Origin: a bacterium
GTDB lineage: Bacteria > SAR324 > NAC60-12
Direction of reading: 5' to 3'
DNA length: 64,000 bases
Assembly: GCA_965205865.1 (NCBI GenBank)
Contig: CBDBHR010000028.1
Span: forward strand, 128,001-192,000
The position numbers and the translations under genes are program-made. Positions 43,761-53,568 of the stretch are shown here, piece by piece. The stretch's first letter is position 1. Every line of letters starts with the position of its first letter. The notes under the pieces are model-generated. The model was not told the DNA's origin. It saw only the letters and a list, made by a program, of their open reading frames with translations, and did no database searches.

Positions 43761-43829
43761 TTGTCAATTCATTATCCAAAAGACACAGAGAAACAAAAAA
43801 TTATTTGAAGTCGCATAAAGCATGGGAAC

Positions 43830-44245
43830 CAAGAAGATATCCTCATCGCTCGCACCGGAACCACTTACGGAAAGACCATGATATTCGAGGAAGACTATCC
43901 AGCAGTCTTCGCCTCTTATCTGATTCGACTCCGTTTCCCATACAGCATGTACATCCCGTTTACTATTGGGCATTTGCCTGGAGTGACGCTTATTGGAATC
44001 AGGCAAAAGCTCTGTCGAGTGGTGGAGGACAACCACAGTTCAATGCCAATGCGTTAAAACAGGTTAAAATCCCTCTCCCATCACTTGAAACTCAACACTC
44101 CATAGTGGCAGAAATCGAAGCCGAGCAAGTCGGCGTCGAAGTTTGCCGGGAATTAGTGAAACGTTTTGAAGAGAAAATTCGGAAGGCCATCGCCCGGGTG
44201 TGGGTGGAAGACGAAATCGAATCTTTCGAACTGATAAAAATTTAA
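43830..44245 (+). pseudogene. Orphan HsdS C-terminal TRD fragment
   Basis: DILIARTG..GKT...VFASYLIRLR (other frame) then GGGQPQFNANALKQVKIPLPSLETQ..IVAEIEAEQ..FEEKIRKAIARVW, homologous to the 3' end of the 41468 gene. Confidence 0.8.
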
Positions 44246-44250
44246 TTTCC

Positions 44251-44706
44251 TTACTTACTCGATTCCTCTCCTGATTCCTGAAAGAGGATATCCGAACTCA
44301 GAAATTCCGAAATTTGTCTGGCAATCAAATCCGGGACTGTGGTTTTTCTTCGGAGGCCACATTCCCAGACCACCATGATACGCCATCCATCATGCAGCAA
44401 CGCTTCCACGTTGCGCTTATCCCGGCTGGTGTTCCCCCGGAATTTGGCGAGCCAGAAATCTTGACGTGATTCCGGGGTTGTTGTCTCCCGACAACCATGA
44501 CGATGCCAAAAGCATCCGTGAATAAAAATTACCACACGTTGTCTGGTCAGGACAATATCCGGTTTTCCCGGGAGATTCTTCCTGTGGAGTCGATATCTGT
44601 ATCCATTTTTCCAAAGCCATCGGCGCACTGTCATCTCAGGGCAGGTGTCTTTCCCCTGGATTCTGGACATGTTGAAGCTGCGTTTCTCCGGAGAATGAAC
44701 ATCCAT
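44251..44706 (-). CDS. vsr: Very-short-patch repair endonuclease
   Basis: RS.NMSRI..KDT.PE, LPGKPD, FIHGCFWH.H, VWEC. Confidence 0.95.
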   Translation of the reverse strand: MDVHSPEKRSFNMSRIQGKDTCPEMTVRRWLWKNGYRYRLHRKNLPGKPDIVLTRQRVVIFIHGCFWHRHGCRETTTPESRQDFWLAKFRGNTSRDKRNVEALLHDGWRIMVVWECGLRRKTTVPDLIARQISEFLSSDILFQESGEESSK

Positions 44707-44732
44707 TACTGTAAATTCGAAGTCTGTAACGT

Positions 44733-45767
44733 TCAGGGGTTGATGAATTTATCAAAATCGATGTCCGGTTGACCCTGACGGGCATAATACGATGAAAAAC
44801 GCGCCACAATATCTTTCACGAAGGATGGAGATATCTGTATTTTGGGAGGCATCTCAAACTTCTCATCAAATTTCTCAATTTCCAGAGTTTCGAGTTTTCT
44901 GAAATTGAGGAATCCTCCTTCAAAAAAGTCCGTTTCGGGAAGCCAGTGATAAAATGCTAATTTGTTATTTCCATATGCTTGTTTGAGTTCGCTACTTTTC
45001 AGGTGCAGTGTCTTTTCAGGATCAACTTCCACTAAGAGAATCCTGTCTGTCTTCCTTTCCTTTTTCCTCACGACAAGGTCGCAGGCCGGATTCATGACAG
45101 CAAACCACTTTTTACTGTTTGTCTCTCTAACGAGGCTGCCAATGCGGATTTCTTCTATAAGAGGCGGTCTCAGATAGACTTCTTCGGGATAGCAACGATC
45201 TTCATCATCATCAAGAAGCTGGAGCAGATGGTTCAGGGTGTGACGAAGGAGGGCTTTTTCAGTTCTCGGAGGATCAGTCTTACCATACTTTATCCAAATC
45301 TCCCTATGTGGAAGAAGATTCTTCAGGAACACTTTATTCAGATTGCGTTCAATGACACCTCTGCCACCCATAATACGGGTCAGTCCGGTGTTATGAATAT
45401 CCCAGAATTGATCAAATAGTTCGGCATATCCTGTCCCGGGATCACCTTTCTTGAAAACTCCTATATTCGCGCAGTCCGCGTCCGCGGCGCCAGGTGTCGC
45501 AGTGAGGATGACGACTGGAATGCGGAAGTGTAATTCTTCAATTTTACGGATAACCTGATTTCCTCCATTGCCTAGGTCCCCAAGCTTCAGGTCAATGATC
45601 GCGCCGTCAATGGAGTTGTCAAGCATTGAGAAGGCCTCTTCGACATCCTTGCACGCAACAAGTTCCACCTCCCTCTGCTTTTCGTCTTTATATCTCAAGA
45701 TTGTATCTCTGCAGGTGGCGATCTCTTGCTCGTCGTCTTCAACAATTAGAAGTTGAAATATGTTCAT
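44733..45767 (-). CDS. Receiver-domain protein with uncharacterised C-terminal domain
   Basis: LIVEDD, AIIDLKL (phospho-Asp), ILTA, K; C-terminal NPACDL and YARQGQPD. Confidence 0.8.
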   Translation of the reverse strand: MNIFQLLIVEDDEQEIATCRDTILRYKDEKQREVELVACKDVEEAFSMLDNSIDGAIIDLKLGDLGNGGNQVIRKIEELHFRIPVVILTATPGAADADCANIGVFKKGDPGTGYAELFDQFWDIHNTGLTRIMGGRGVIERNLNKVFLKNLLPHREIWIKYGKTDPPRTEKALLRHTLNHLLQLLDDDEDRCYPEEVYLRPPLIEEIRIGSLVRETNSKKWFAVMNPACDLVVRKKERKTDRILLVEVDPEKTLHLKSSELKQAYGNNKLAFYHWLPETDFFEGGFLNFRKLETLEIEKFDEKFEMPPKIQISPSFVKDIVARFSSYYARQGQPDIDFDKFINP

Positions 45768-47914
45768 TCTTCGTTCTCTTTTTCGGGTTGTAACCTGAAC
45801 CAGACTCCTTCGTCAGACTCAAAAGCTCTCAGTTCAAGACCGTTACGGGTAGCAGCCTCACCCGCAATGGCCAGGCCCAGTCCGGTGCCGGACGGTTTCG
45901 TGGAAAACTGGGGTTCAAATATAACTCCACTCGCAATGAGGTCTGGTTCCATACCCGGTCCTGTGTCGCGATAATCTACATGAAGGAGCGAATCATCGTC
46001 AGTTAAAAGTTCAACAGTGATTTTCCTGACGGAAACTTTTTTTTCGTCCATCCAGTAAAGACTGTTGTCGATGAGATTTGTGAAAATTGCGTAAATATCC
46101 TGAGGCCAGGAGGAAAAACAGAAATCGTCGGGACCCGTGACTTCAGCAGATATCTTCCGGCACTTCATTTCTTCTTCGAAAACGGCAAGCATCTCTCTTA
46201 TCGTCTTCTTCAGTTTCAAAGGTTTTCTTGTCGAGCGTTTCCCCGCGGCTAAAGGATCAAGTCGGCTGAAGAGCTTCACAAAAATCTCGGCATTATGGCC
46301 AACCCCTTCGACAATCGATATGGATTTTTCAAGTTCCCCCGAATCTCGGGTTTTCTGAAATGAGTCGTACCAGTAACGGAGGTTCGGTATCTGATTTCGG
46401 AAGTAACTGAGCGGCCGCCTGCCTTCATGAAGAATCACGTTAATGATCTTCCCCAAAGTAGCCTGACCTTGATAAATGGCGACCGCCTGACGGATTTCCT
46501 CGGCAACCTTGTTTTTCTCTTCTTCGTCCCGGCTGATGATTTTAACGATCTGGTCAGTAGTTTTTTCATCGGTTCCGTCTTTTACGAGTTGCGCCAGGAT
46601 ATTCCGTTTCATTTCTTCAAATGAAAAAATCCGTCCCAATTCCCTTTCCATCTTGAGAGCGGGCCTGCTCAATCCTGCCTTTCTTCTGTAATCGAATCGC
46701 TTTGTTTCGAGTTTCGCGAAAACCTCCTGTGTAATTTTCTTAAGCCTGTCAAAAGCCGTATTTTCCCTGAGTCCGTCCCTTGCACTTTTTTCGATCAGTC
46801 CGGACTGCCCATCCGGTTGAATCTGAACATATCCGATCGCCTGATTACTGCCGACTCGCATTGATGGGTTCTGGACGCGCCGTTCATTCAGTTTCAACCA
46901 ATCGAAGTCGGCATCGCCCAAGGGCCGGATACGGAATCCATTACGATAAACACCGATACCGTTGTATTCGTTAAGAAGACGCCTCGCATCTTGTTTTCCC
47001 ACGTAGTTTCCGGATTCATCCTTGAGGCCACGTCCGATCAGGGATTCAATGGCTTCCTTCTCACGGTCGTACACCCGGATATCGACGTCAAGTTCACCAC
47101 AGAGGGTAGGCTTTCCGAAATCGAATGGAATTTTTTCATTGGTGATGTTACGGGCCTTTTGCGATGAATATGTCAGGGTAGCTTTACCATCCACGTTGAT
47201 TCTGCCGGCTATCCTGTAGTCGAACAAATCAAAGATCGTATAAGGCTTGATATTTTCCTTAATATTTTCTACGTCGGAAAAGCCATCAACCTTCAAATTT
47301 ATGAGGAATTCATCACCAAAGATGACACTTACAGGGGATATCAGCTTCTTCAATTCAAAACGGAGCTTATTGAATTGCTTCTGGTTCCATTCGGAGAGCA
47401 ATGCATTATCTCCGTTTATAGTCAGTCGGGTACCCGACGGTTCAGTTACTTCAGTGGTTTCGATGAGGACCTCCACATCATCAAGATACCGGGCAGCCTC
47501 AAAGTTCTTCCACTCGATATACACCGTTGTTTTTTCGCCTTCAGCAGTGATTGTTTCGAGCAGCAAATCCGTACCGAGAATAGATACGGCATATCGTCCC
47601 ACCCCTTTACTGCCCTGCATGATCCTTCCGGAAGGACTTGTGCGCCGGTCAAGCTTGTCTCGGGTTGAAGGCACCATCCACTCATTGATGACAGTGTCAC
47701 GTGACATGCCGTGTCCATGGTCAGAGATGACGATGCGATAACCGTTGTGATCAAGAGTTACCTTGAATTCAATATTCACATCTGGTGAGTCGGCATCATA
47801 GGCATTTTTTACCAATTCTACGACCGCTGCATAGCGGTCCTTTATCAAATCACGGCCAATGGTAAGAATGTGCCGGCCTGCCGGTCTTATCTTGTAAGTA
47901 TCACTTGTACTCAT
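45764..47914 (-). CDS. MORC/GHKL ATPase fused to a histidine kinase
   Basis: N-terminal ELVKNAYDA, DHGHGM, GSKGVGR, GTRL; C-terminal H-box LHEGRRPL, NLIDNS, DTGPGM, FSTK, GTGLGL. Confidence 0.85.
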   Translation of the reverse strand: MSTSDTYKIRPAGRHILTIGRDLIKDRYAAVVELVKNAYDADSPDVNIEFKVTLDHNGYRIVISDHGHGMSRDTVINEWMVPSTRDKLDRRTSPSGRIMQGSKGVGRYAVSILGTDLLLETITAEGEKTTVYIEWKNFEAARYLDDVEVLIETTEVTEPSGTRLTINGDNALLSEWNQKQFNKLRFELKKLISPVSVIFGDEFLINLKVDGFSDVENIKENIKPYTIFDLFDYRIAGRINVDGKATLTYSSQKARNITNEKIPFDFGKPTLCGELDVDIRVYDREKEAIESLIGRGLKDESGNYVGKQDARRLLNEYNGIGVYRNGFRIRPLGDADFDWLKLNERRVQNPSMRVGSNQAIGYVQIQPDGQSGLIEKSARDGLRENTAFDRLKKITQEVFAKLETKRFDYRRKAGLSRPALKMERELGRIFSFEEMKRNILAQLVKDGTDEKTTDQIVKIISRDEEEKNKVAEEIRQAVAIYQGQATLGKIINVILHEGRRPLSYFRNQIPNLRYWYDSFQKTRDSGELEKSISIVEGVGHNAEIFVKLFSRLDPLAAGKRSTRKPLKLKKTIREMLAVFEEEMKCRKISAEVTGPDDFCFSSWPQDIYAIFTNLIDNSLYWMDEKKVSVRKITVELLTDDDSLLHVDYRDTGPGMEPDLIASGVIFEPQFSTKPSGTGLGLAIAGEAATRNGLELRAFESDEGVWFRLQPEKENEE

Positions 47915-49173
47915 ACCCAGATCTCTTTCAGCCGACTAGCGATCTTCCGAGCAAGGAGAACCGGCACTGCATTGCCTATCTGGCGAAAGGCTGAGGTGCG
48001 CTTGGGAACGTCATCCCTGCTCTCGAAGAAATAATCATCGGGGAATGTTTGCAATCGTGCCGCTTCCCTCGGTGTGATGGATCGATTCTGGTCAATATCA
48101 GGATGAATGTAATAGTGTCCGTCCTTTGCAATATGGGCTAACACGGTATGCGAAAAAGGCAGGTCCGCAGCGACAACCTTGAACCTGTCGAGAAAAGAGT
48201 TCCGGTGACTGTGGGTTTTCAGATGATCCGGAAGCATGTTATAGCTCAGACGGGTCTTTTCCCGGTTCCACAATCCTACAGCAATTCGGTAAATCTTGAG
48301 ATCCTGATCCGTATTCGGCCTTGCTTGGTGCCAGGTGACCGGAAGTTCAACATTCCGGATTCCTGCCTCATACTGCCATGTCCCCCCGTATGATCGAATA
48401 CGACAGGGACCGGAACTGCCTGAACCCGCGACAAGAGCCGGAAGATCATCAAATACTTCACCAACTCTGGCATCGGGCTTCCATTTGCTTGGCCCCGGAG
48501 AAAATCCCGGGGATTGCCCCAACCTGCCAATAAGAATGATCCTTTTCCGGCTCTGAAGAACGCCATAGTCTTCCGCTGACAGTGTCATGAACTCCGTTTC
48601 ATAACCATATCGGCAAAAAAGACGACGCATGTCGTCAAAATGAAGGGCACCGTTCCTGTCTTTTGCCGAAAGGAGCCCGGGGACATTTTCAAAGACAAAG
48701 TAAGTGGGTCGATACCTTCTCAGGAATTCGGCGTAATCGAAATACAGATAGTTTCGATTGTCGTTCTTCATTCGGTCCCGATCCCGCGAACGGCCAACGA
48801 GCGAGTACGCCTGACAGGGGGGACCACCGATAATCAGATCAAGCTTACGATTTTTCAGCGACTCGTCGATCTTACTGAAAATACCCGGCAGTGTCACCCT
48901 GTTTATCTCCGCATTGATAACAGACCCGGTAATGCATTCCGGAACGCATTCATAGAAATCCCGACGGCTCAGAGTTCCACTCAGGTAGTCAGCATACCGT
49001 TCAATCTGACCCTGAGTCTTCAGCCAATGATACGCCATCCGGGTACACAGGGTGAAGCAGGCTGCCGGGTCTGATTCAACGTGGGCCACCGGCTCAAACC
49101 CTGCATGTATAAATCCTTCGGACAGACCTCCTCCTCCGGCAAAAAGGTTCAGAAATCTCAGGTTTCTGTTCAC
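47911..49173 (-). CDS. DNA (cytosine-5) methyltransferase
   Basis: LFAGGGG, GGPPCQ, FENVPG, QSRKR, REAARLQTFPD, QIGNAVP. Confidence 0.95.
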   Translation of the reverse strand: MNRNLRFLNLFAGGGGLSEGFIHAGFEPVAHVESDPAACFTLCTRMAYHWLKTQGQIERYADYLSGTLSRRDFYECVPECITGSVINAEINRVTLPGIFSKIDESLKNRKLDLIIGGPPCQAYSLVGRSRDRDRMKNDNRNYLYFDYAEFLRRYRPTYFVFENVPGLLSAKDRNGALHFDDMRRLFCRYGYETEFMTLSAEDYGVLQSRKRIILIGRLGQSPGFSPGPSKWKPDARVGEVFDDLPALVAGSGSSGPCRIRSYGGTWQYEAGIRNVELPVTWHQARPNTDQDLKIYRIAVGLWNREKTRLSYNMLPDHLKTHSHRNSFLDRFKVVAADLPFSHTVLAHIAKDGHYYIHPDIDQNRSITPREAARLQTFPDDYFFESRDDVPKRTSAFRQIGNAVPVLLARKIASRLKEIWV

Positions 49174-49421
49174 ACTCAGCCCTTCGTCTTTTCTTTATTT
49201 AACTGTACACCATCTTCAGGATAGATCCTCACTTTCTTCGTCGATAGTGTCAATCTGATCTTGAGTCATTGCCACATTCGGGGACGGTTGAAAACCCTCT
49301 GAAACTGAATTTATCCAGTGGATCAAAATGATCCACTTCGAAAATACTCGACTTCAATTGCCTCCTAATGAATCTCACAGCTTATAGCTTAGGGTGGTTT
49401 AGTGTCTAAAGAGGGACTCTT

Positions 49422-50810
49422 TTAACAACTCGAATTTTTCGCCTTCTTTGGTAGAGAGTTGAATTCTTGTAGTTGTTTTTCGTAACTGTTCAAATACATG
49501 GCGAAAGGATGGTCATAATATGGGTCATGGCAATCTTGCCACCACTTCTTTATGTTCCAACCGGAATCGATGAGGTCAGATGTAACAAACACAAACTCCA
49601 GAGTTTCTGTGAGAAAAACCTCCGTTCCTCTATTTTTACTATAATCAATACGAGAATCTTTACTACCATGGACATAGTGGTTACGGCACTCGACAGCCTC
49701 CTTTATCACTGTATCGATATCCGGGATTTGGTCTCCAATTTGATCGATTAAAAGTTGGTTCCTATAGTTAATTTTTTCTCTGAGACTACTCTGGCCGATA
49801 CGACCGAGGGCATCCAGAAGTCGAGCACGCTCTGGGGTTTTCTCCTTCAGTTTTTTGAAAATACTTTTACACTGATCACGAGCACATTCGAGTTCTGCTG
49901 ACAGCTTAATTTTACTGGGTATGGCGTTGTCAGGCAGGATATCAAATAGGTTCGCAACAATGATCAAGCGAACCTCACTATAAATATATTGTGGCCCAAC
50001 ATTGTTAAAGAACCTCCGTCGCGCCTCATGCCAGGTATCGTCTCGTTCGAACCAATTCTCCAGGATACGGGCAAATTCTTTTGGTTGTTGAGTTGCATTT
50101 ATCAGTGAATCGGGACGATGTTCAGTATTTTTAAATCGTCGATACTCAGGAAGTCTGTGCACATAGACTTGTAGAGGCGCCTGACTGGGTCCTGTTGCAA
50201 TCGTTAATTCCACGATATTCTGGGGACGGCCTATCAATAATCCAAGTAATCCCTGAATCTTGTACAAAGTCCTTTCCATAATCTCTTTAAAACAGGTTTT
50301 GACTGGACGCAAATTTACAGAGATCATATCCCTCTCCACATCGTCCAGGATACCCAATGGATCAAGGATATTTGTACGTGAAGCAGAGATTTTCCCCAGC
50401 TTCGTGTTTGCTACGAAAATCTCTACCTTCCCATCTGTAGAGACATCTGGAAAGAGAACGGTTGCATCATCAATCACCATACTCACCTCACAAACCGTAT
50501 CCTTGTCGGGCCGAAAATGATCGTCGCCGATAAGAATGAGATTCGCGCCAATACGAACAAAGTATTTATTTTCTTTTTGATAAACAGGGTCAACCAAACA
50601 GCAACTGATTATCGATACAGATTTTCCTGAATTATGCAGCACGCCTGTTACAGTGCCAGTTATTTCACTAATCAGGACATCATGTACATTATTGCTCCAC
50701 ACATCAAGACAACTATCCTCTCCTGCGAGTGTGAGTTTACCATGGACTTCTTTGCCTGGTGCAATGGTAAATTTCCCCGAGTATTTCGAGTTTTTTAGTT
50801 CGTGTGTCAT
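49422..50810 (-). CDS. ApeA-like HEPN protein
   Basis: Beta-rich N-terminal region then helical C-terminus with ANLFD and CRNHYVHG (RxxxxH). Confidence 0.7.
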   Translation of the reverse strand: MTHELKNSKYSGKFTIAPGKEVHGKLTLAGEDSCLDVWSNNVHDVLISEITGTVTGVLHNSGKSVSIISCCLVDPVYQKENKYFVRIGANLILIGDDHFRPDKDTVCEVSMVIDDATVLFPDVSTDGKVEIFVANTKLGKISASRTNILDPLGILDDVERDMISVNLRPVKTCFKEIMERTLYKIQGLLGLLIGRPQNIVELTIATGPSQAPLQVYVHRLPEYRRFKNTEHRPDSLINATQQPKEFARILENWFERDDTWHEARRRFFNNVGPQYIYSEVRLIIVANLFDILPDNAIPSKIKLSAELECARDQCKSIFKKLKEKTPERARLLDALGRIGQSSLREKINYRNQLLIDQIGDQIPDIDTVIKEAVECRNHYVHGSKDSRIDYSKNRGTEVFLTETLEFVFVTSDLIDSGWNIKKWWQDCHDPYYDHPFAMYLNSYEKQLQEFNSLPKKAKNSSC

Positions 50811-51214
50811 GGTTGATTTCTCATCTATCCTTTCATTAGAGTCTGTTTAAAAAATACAATCCATTTTACCATGTCAAGTTTCAACCCTGTACACTTTCGA
50901 TAAACTCCACCGAGACCACAATTTCCTGTTTCATTTAAAAATTGGGACAACATGATTTGTTTTTCTTGGCATTATAATTCCCCTTTGAGACATTGCCATT
51001 TATTCAAGATAGTTATTACTGACAATACCATAAATTAAATTTTTACAAATTTTTTGTTGAAAATATAAAATTTTTAGCTATAAATGAAATAAGATACAAG
51101 AAAATCCATTGATGAGGTTATTCGCATTTGATAATTTCGCAATGGGTTTATTATTGTTCTTCTGGCAATCGCTAAAACTCACGTCAATTAAGAATACAAG
51201 AAGGAGAGGAGAAT

Positions 51215-51517
51215 ATGCCACTTGTTAACAAAACACGAAATCCAGTACCAGAGCGCTATGAATTCAGCGGCTCACTGCCTCCTCCATCCGTACGGGGACC
51301 ATTTTTTCATAGAGACAAAGAGTCAAAGTCATGGACCGCACATTATTTCGTATGTGGTCATTTAAAGAATGATTTTGATACTTTACCTAAATCGCACGAA
51401 GTGGCTGTACACCTTGAACCAGAACTTTTTGCCGATTTTGAACTTGAACCAATTTTTGAAAGAGCTAATCAACTATTTGAAAAAGAGAAGAAAGACCTTT
51501 TCAAATATGTTCGTTAA
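51215..51517 (+). CDS. Hypothetical small protein
   Basis: Strong RBS (AGGAGAGGAG) and upstream TTGAAA-16-TATAAA promoter-like sequence. Confidence 0.55.
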   Translation: MPLVNKTRNPVPERYEFSGSLPPPSVRGPFFHRDKESKSWTAHYFVCGHLKNDFDTLPKSHEVAVHLEPELFADFELEPIFERANQLFEKEKKDLFKYVR

Positions 51518-51768
51518 GAATCAACTTCCAGCACCCACGCAAGCATCTTCTCAAAGCGCACTCACTGAAATTTCCTTGAGTGATCGGGGTCCCTATGCAG
51601 AACTCATCCACACAAGCGTTGCTTTATAAAAGATCATCTCAAAATCATGGATGCCAAAGTTACTAAATCGATTGGAGCAATATTTGACATTGGGGGAAAA
51701 TTCGATCGACCATTGCCTTCTTCAGGGGCAAGGATGGTTATGACAATAAAAAGTGAAAAGGACGTAAC

Positions 51769-53391
51769 ATGAAATTCAAGAAAGCAACGATTAAGGACTT
51801 CAAACGCTTTACGGATTTGACTGTTCAGGGCATTCCGGCAAGGACACGGCTGATCATGCTTGCCGGTCCGAATGGATGTGGTAAATCCTCATTCTTCGAT
51901 GCACTCAACGTTTGGCACAATTGGGATTCCACAAGATTTCACTCTTGGAGAGCGGATTACCATCATAAGACCGGTTCATGCCAACACGACCAGTGGTATG
52001 ATTATCAAGTCAAGATCGAGTTCTACGAATCTGTTCAGGATAGTGACAAAAAGAAGAGATTCTATTTCAGGTCTTCATACAGAAATGATCCTGAGTTTCA
52101 GATTCAAGAAATACGCAGGGCGGGAAATTCTTTTGATAAAGGGCAGGTTAAACGCATGATTGACAACGATGCCGCGGTAAATCGGAACTACCATAAACTG
52201 GCCAGTCAGGGTTGTGAAGATCTATATTCTCTAGGAGATGAATCGAAAACATTCGGGAGCTACCGGAGAGAGAGCATCGAAAAACTTCAGCAGCCGTTGT
52301 CCAAGCTGTTTCCCGATCTGGAACTGGAAGGTTTCGGAAATCCATTGGAGGACGGTACTTTTCGTTTTACAAAGGGAGCAAGCGCAGGGTTCACATTTAT
52401 GAACCTTTCGGGAGGGGAAAAGGCTGTGTTTGATCTGATTCTTGACCTGGTCGTGGCGAGCCGTGATTACGACAATACGGTATTCTGTATTGACGAACCC
52501 GAATCACACATGAACGCACGCCTGCAGGCGGAACTCCTGTCCGTGCTCTACGAACTCATCCCCGAAAATTGCCAGTTGATGCTGGCGACGCATTCCATTG
52601 GGATGATGCGCCGGGCACGAGACATAGAGGCAAACCATCCCGGAACCGTGGTGTTTCTGGACTTCGGTTTCAGGACTGATGGCACTCACCGAGATTTTGA
52701 CCAACAAGAGGTCATCCAGCCAGCAAAGCCAGACCGTACCTTTTGGAAACGACACCACGATGTGGCTTTTGACGACCTGTCAAAACTCATCGCTCCAAAG
52801 CAGATTGTACTGTGTGAAGGTAAGGAACAAACTGAGCCGGAACCGTTTGACGAGAATTGCTATAATCAGATCTTCTCAGTTGAATTTCCTGACACGCTTT
52901 TTATTTCGGTCGGTTCCAAGAACGATGTGGAAGAACGCATTACCGATTTATTACCACTGCTCAAGAGTGTCGTGAAGAACACCGAGATATTTAGGCTTCG
53001 TGACCGGGACGAGTTGGGAGAGAACGCTACTGTACGAAGAAACAACCGTGGCATTCGCGTATTGTCCCAACGAAACCTCGAATCAATCTTACTATGTGAT
53101 GAAATTTTGGTAAAACTCTGTAGGAAACACGGCTCCCCTAAAAAAGCTGGATGTTTGATCAAGACAAGAGACAACATGCTCGAAAAGATTGAAGCTTTTG
53201 CAAAAGATGATTTCAAACGTGCAGTACAGGCAGTTCAGCATGCAGCATACCGAGAAATTCCTACTCTCAAGCGCTCAGGTGATAAAAAAGACTTTATGCT
53301 GGATATTCTTGTTCCATTGGTTACGTCTGAAACGCAGACATACATTCAATTGAAGCAAGACATCTTTGGTCCATTAGGGAATTCTTTTTAG
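51769..53391 (+). CDS. ABC/AAA ATPase with TOPRIM-like C-terminus (OLD-like)
   Basis: GPNGCGKS, LSGGEK, IDEPESH, ATHS; LCEG and RDRD TOPRIM motifs. Confidence 0.8.
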   Translation: MKFKKATIKDFKRFTDLTVQGIPARTRLIMLAGPNGCGKSSFFDALNVWHNWDSTRFHSWRADYHHKTGSCQHDQWYDYQVKIEFYESVQDSDKKKRFYFRSSYRNDPEFQIQEIRRAGNSFDKGQVKRMIDNDAAVNRNYHKLASQGCEDLYSLGDESKTFGSYRRESIEKLQQPLSKLFPDLELEGFGNPLEDGTFRFTKGASAGFTFMNLSGGEKAVFDLILDLVVASRDYDNTVFCIDEPESHMNARLQAELLSVLYELIPENCQLMLATHSIGMMRRARDIEANHPGTVVFLDFGFRTDGTHRDFDQQEVIQPAKPDRTFWKRHHDVAFDDLSKLIAPKQIVLCEGKEQTEPEPFDENCYNQIFSVEFPDTLFISVGSKNDVEERITDLLPLLKSVVKNTEIFRLRDRDELGENATVRRNNRGIRVLSQRNLESILLCDEILVKLCRKHGSPKKAGCLIKTRDNMLEKIEAFAKDDFKRAVQAVQHAAYREIPTLKRSGDKKDFMLDILVPLVTSETQTYIQLKQDIFGPLGNSF

Positions 53392-53568
53392 CCGGGAAAT
53401 ATGCCGGAGGAGGATGCAGCAAAAGTTTCAGTGCACCAAAATCCGAGTTTGGGAAAAGATGATGCGGAAGAGAGGATTTGACAAACAAGGTTTTCTCTAT
53501 ATAGAAGGAAAAGAAAGCATACTTTGTACAGCATTTAGTTTTTTCGATTAGCGATAAAGGAAGCGCAC

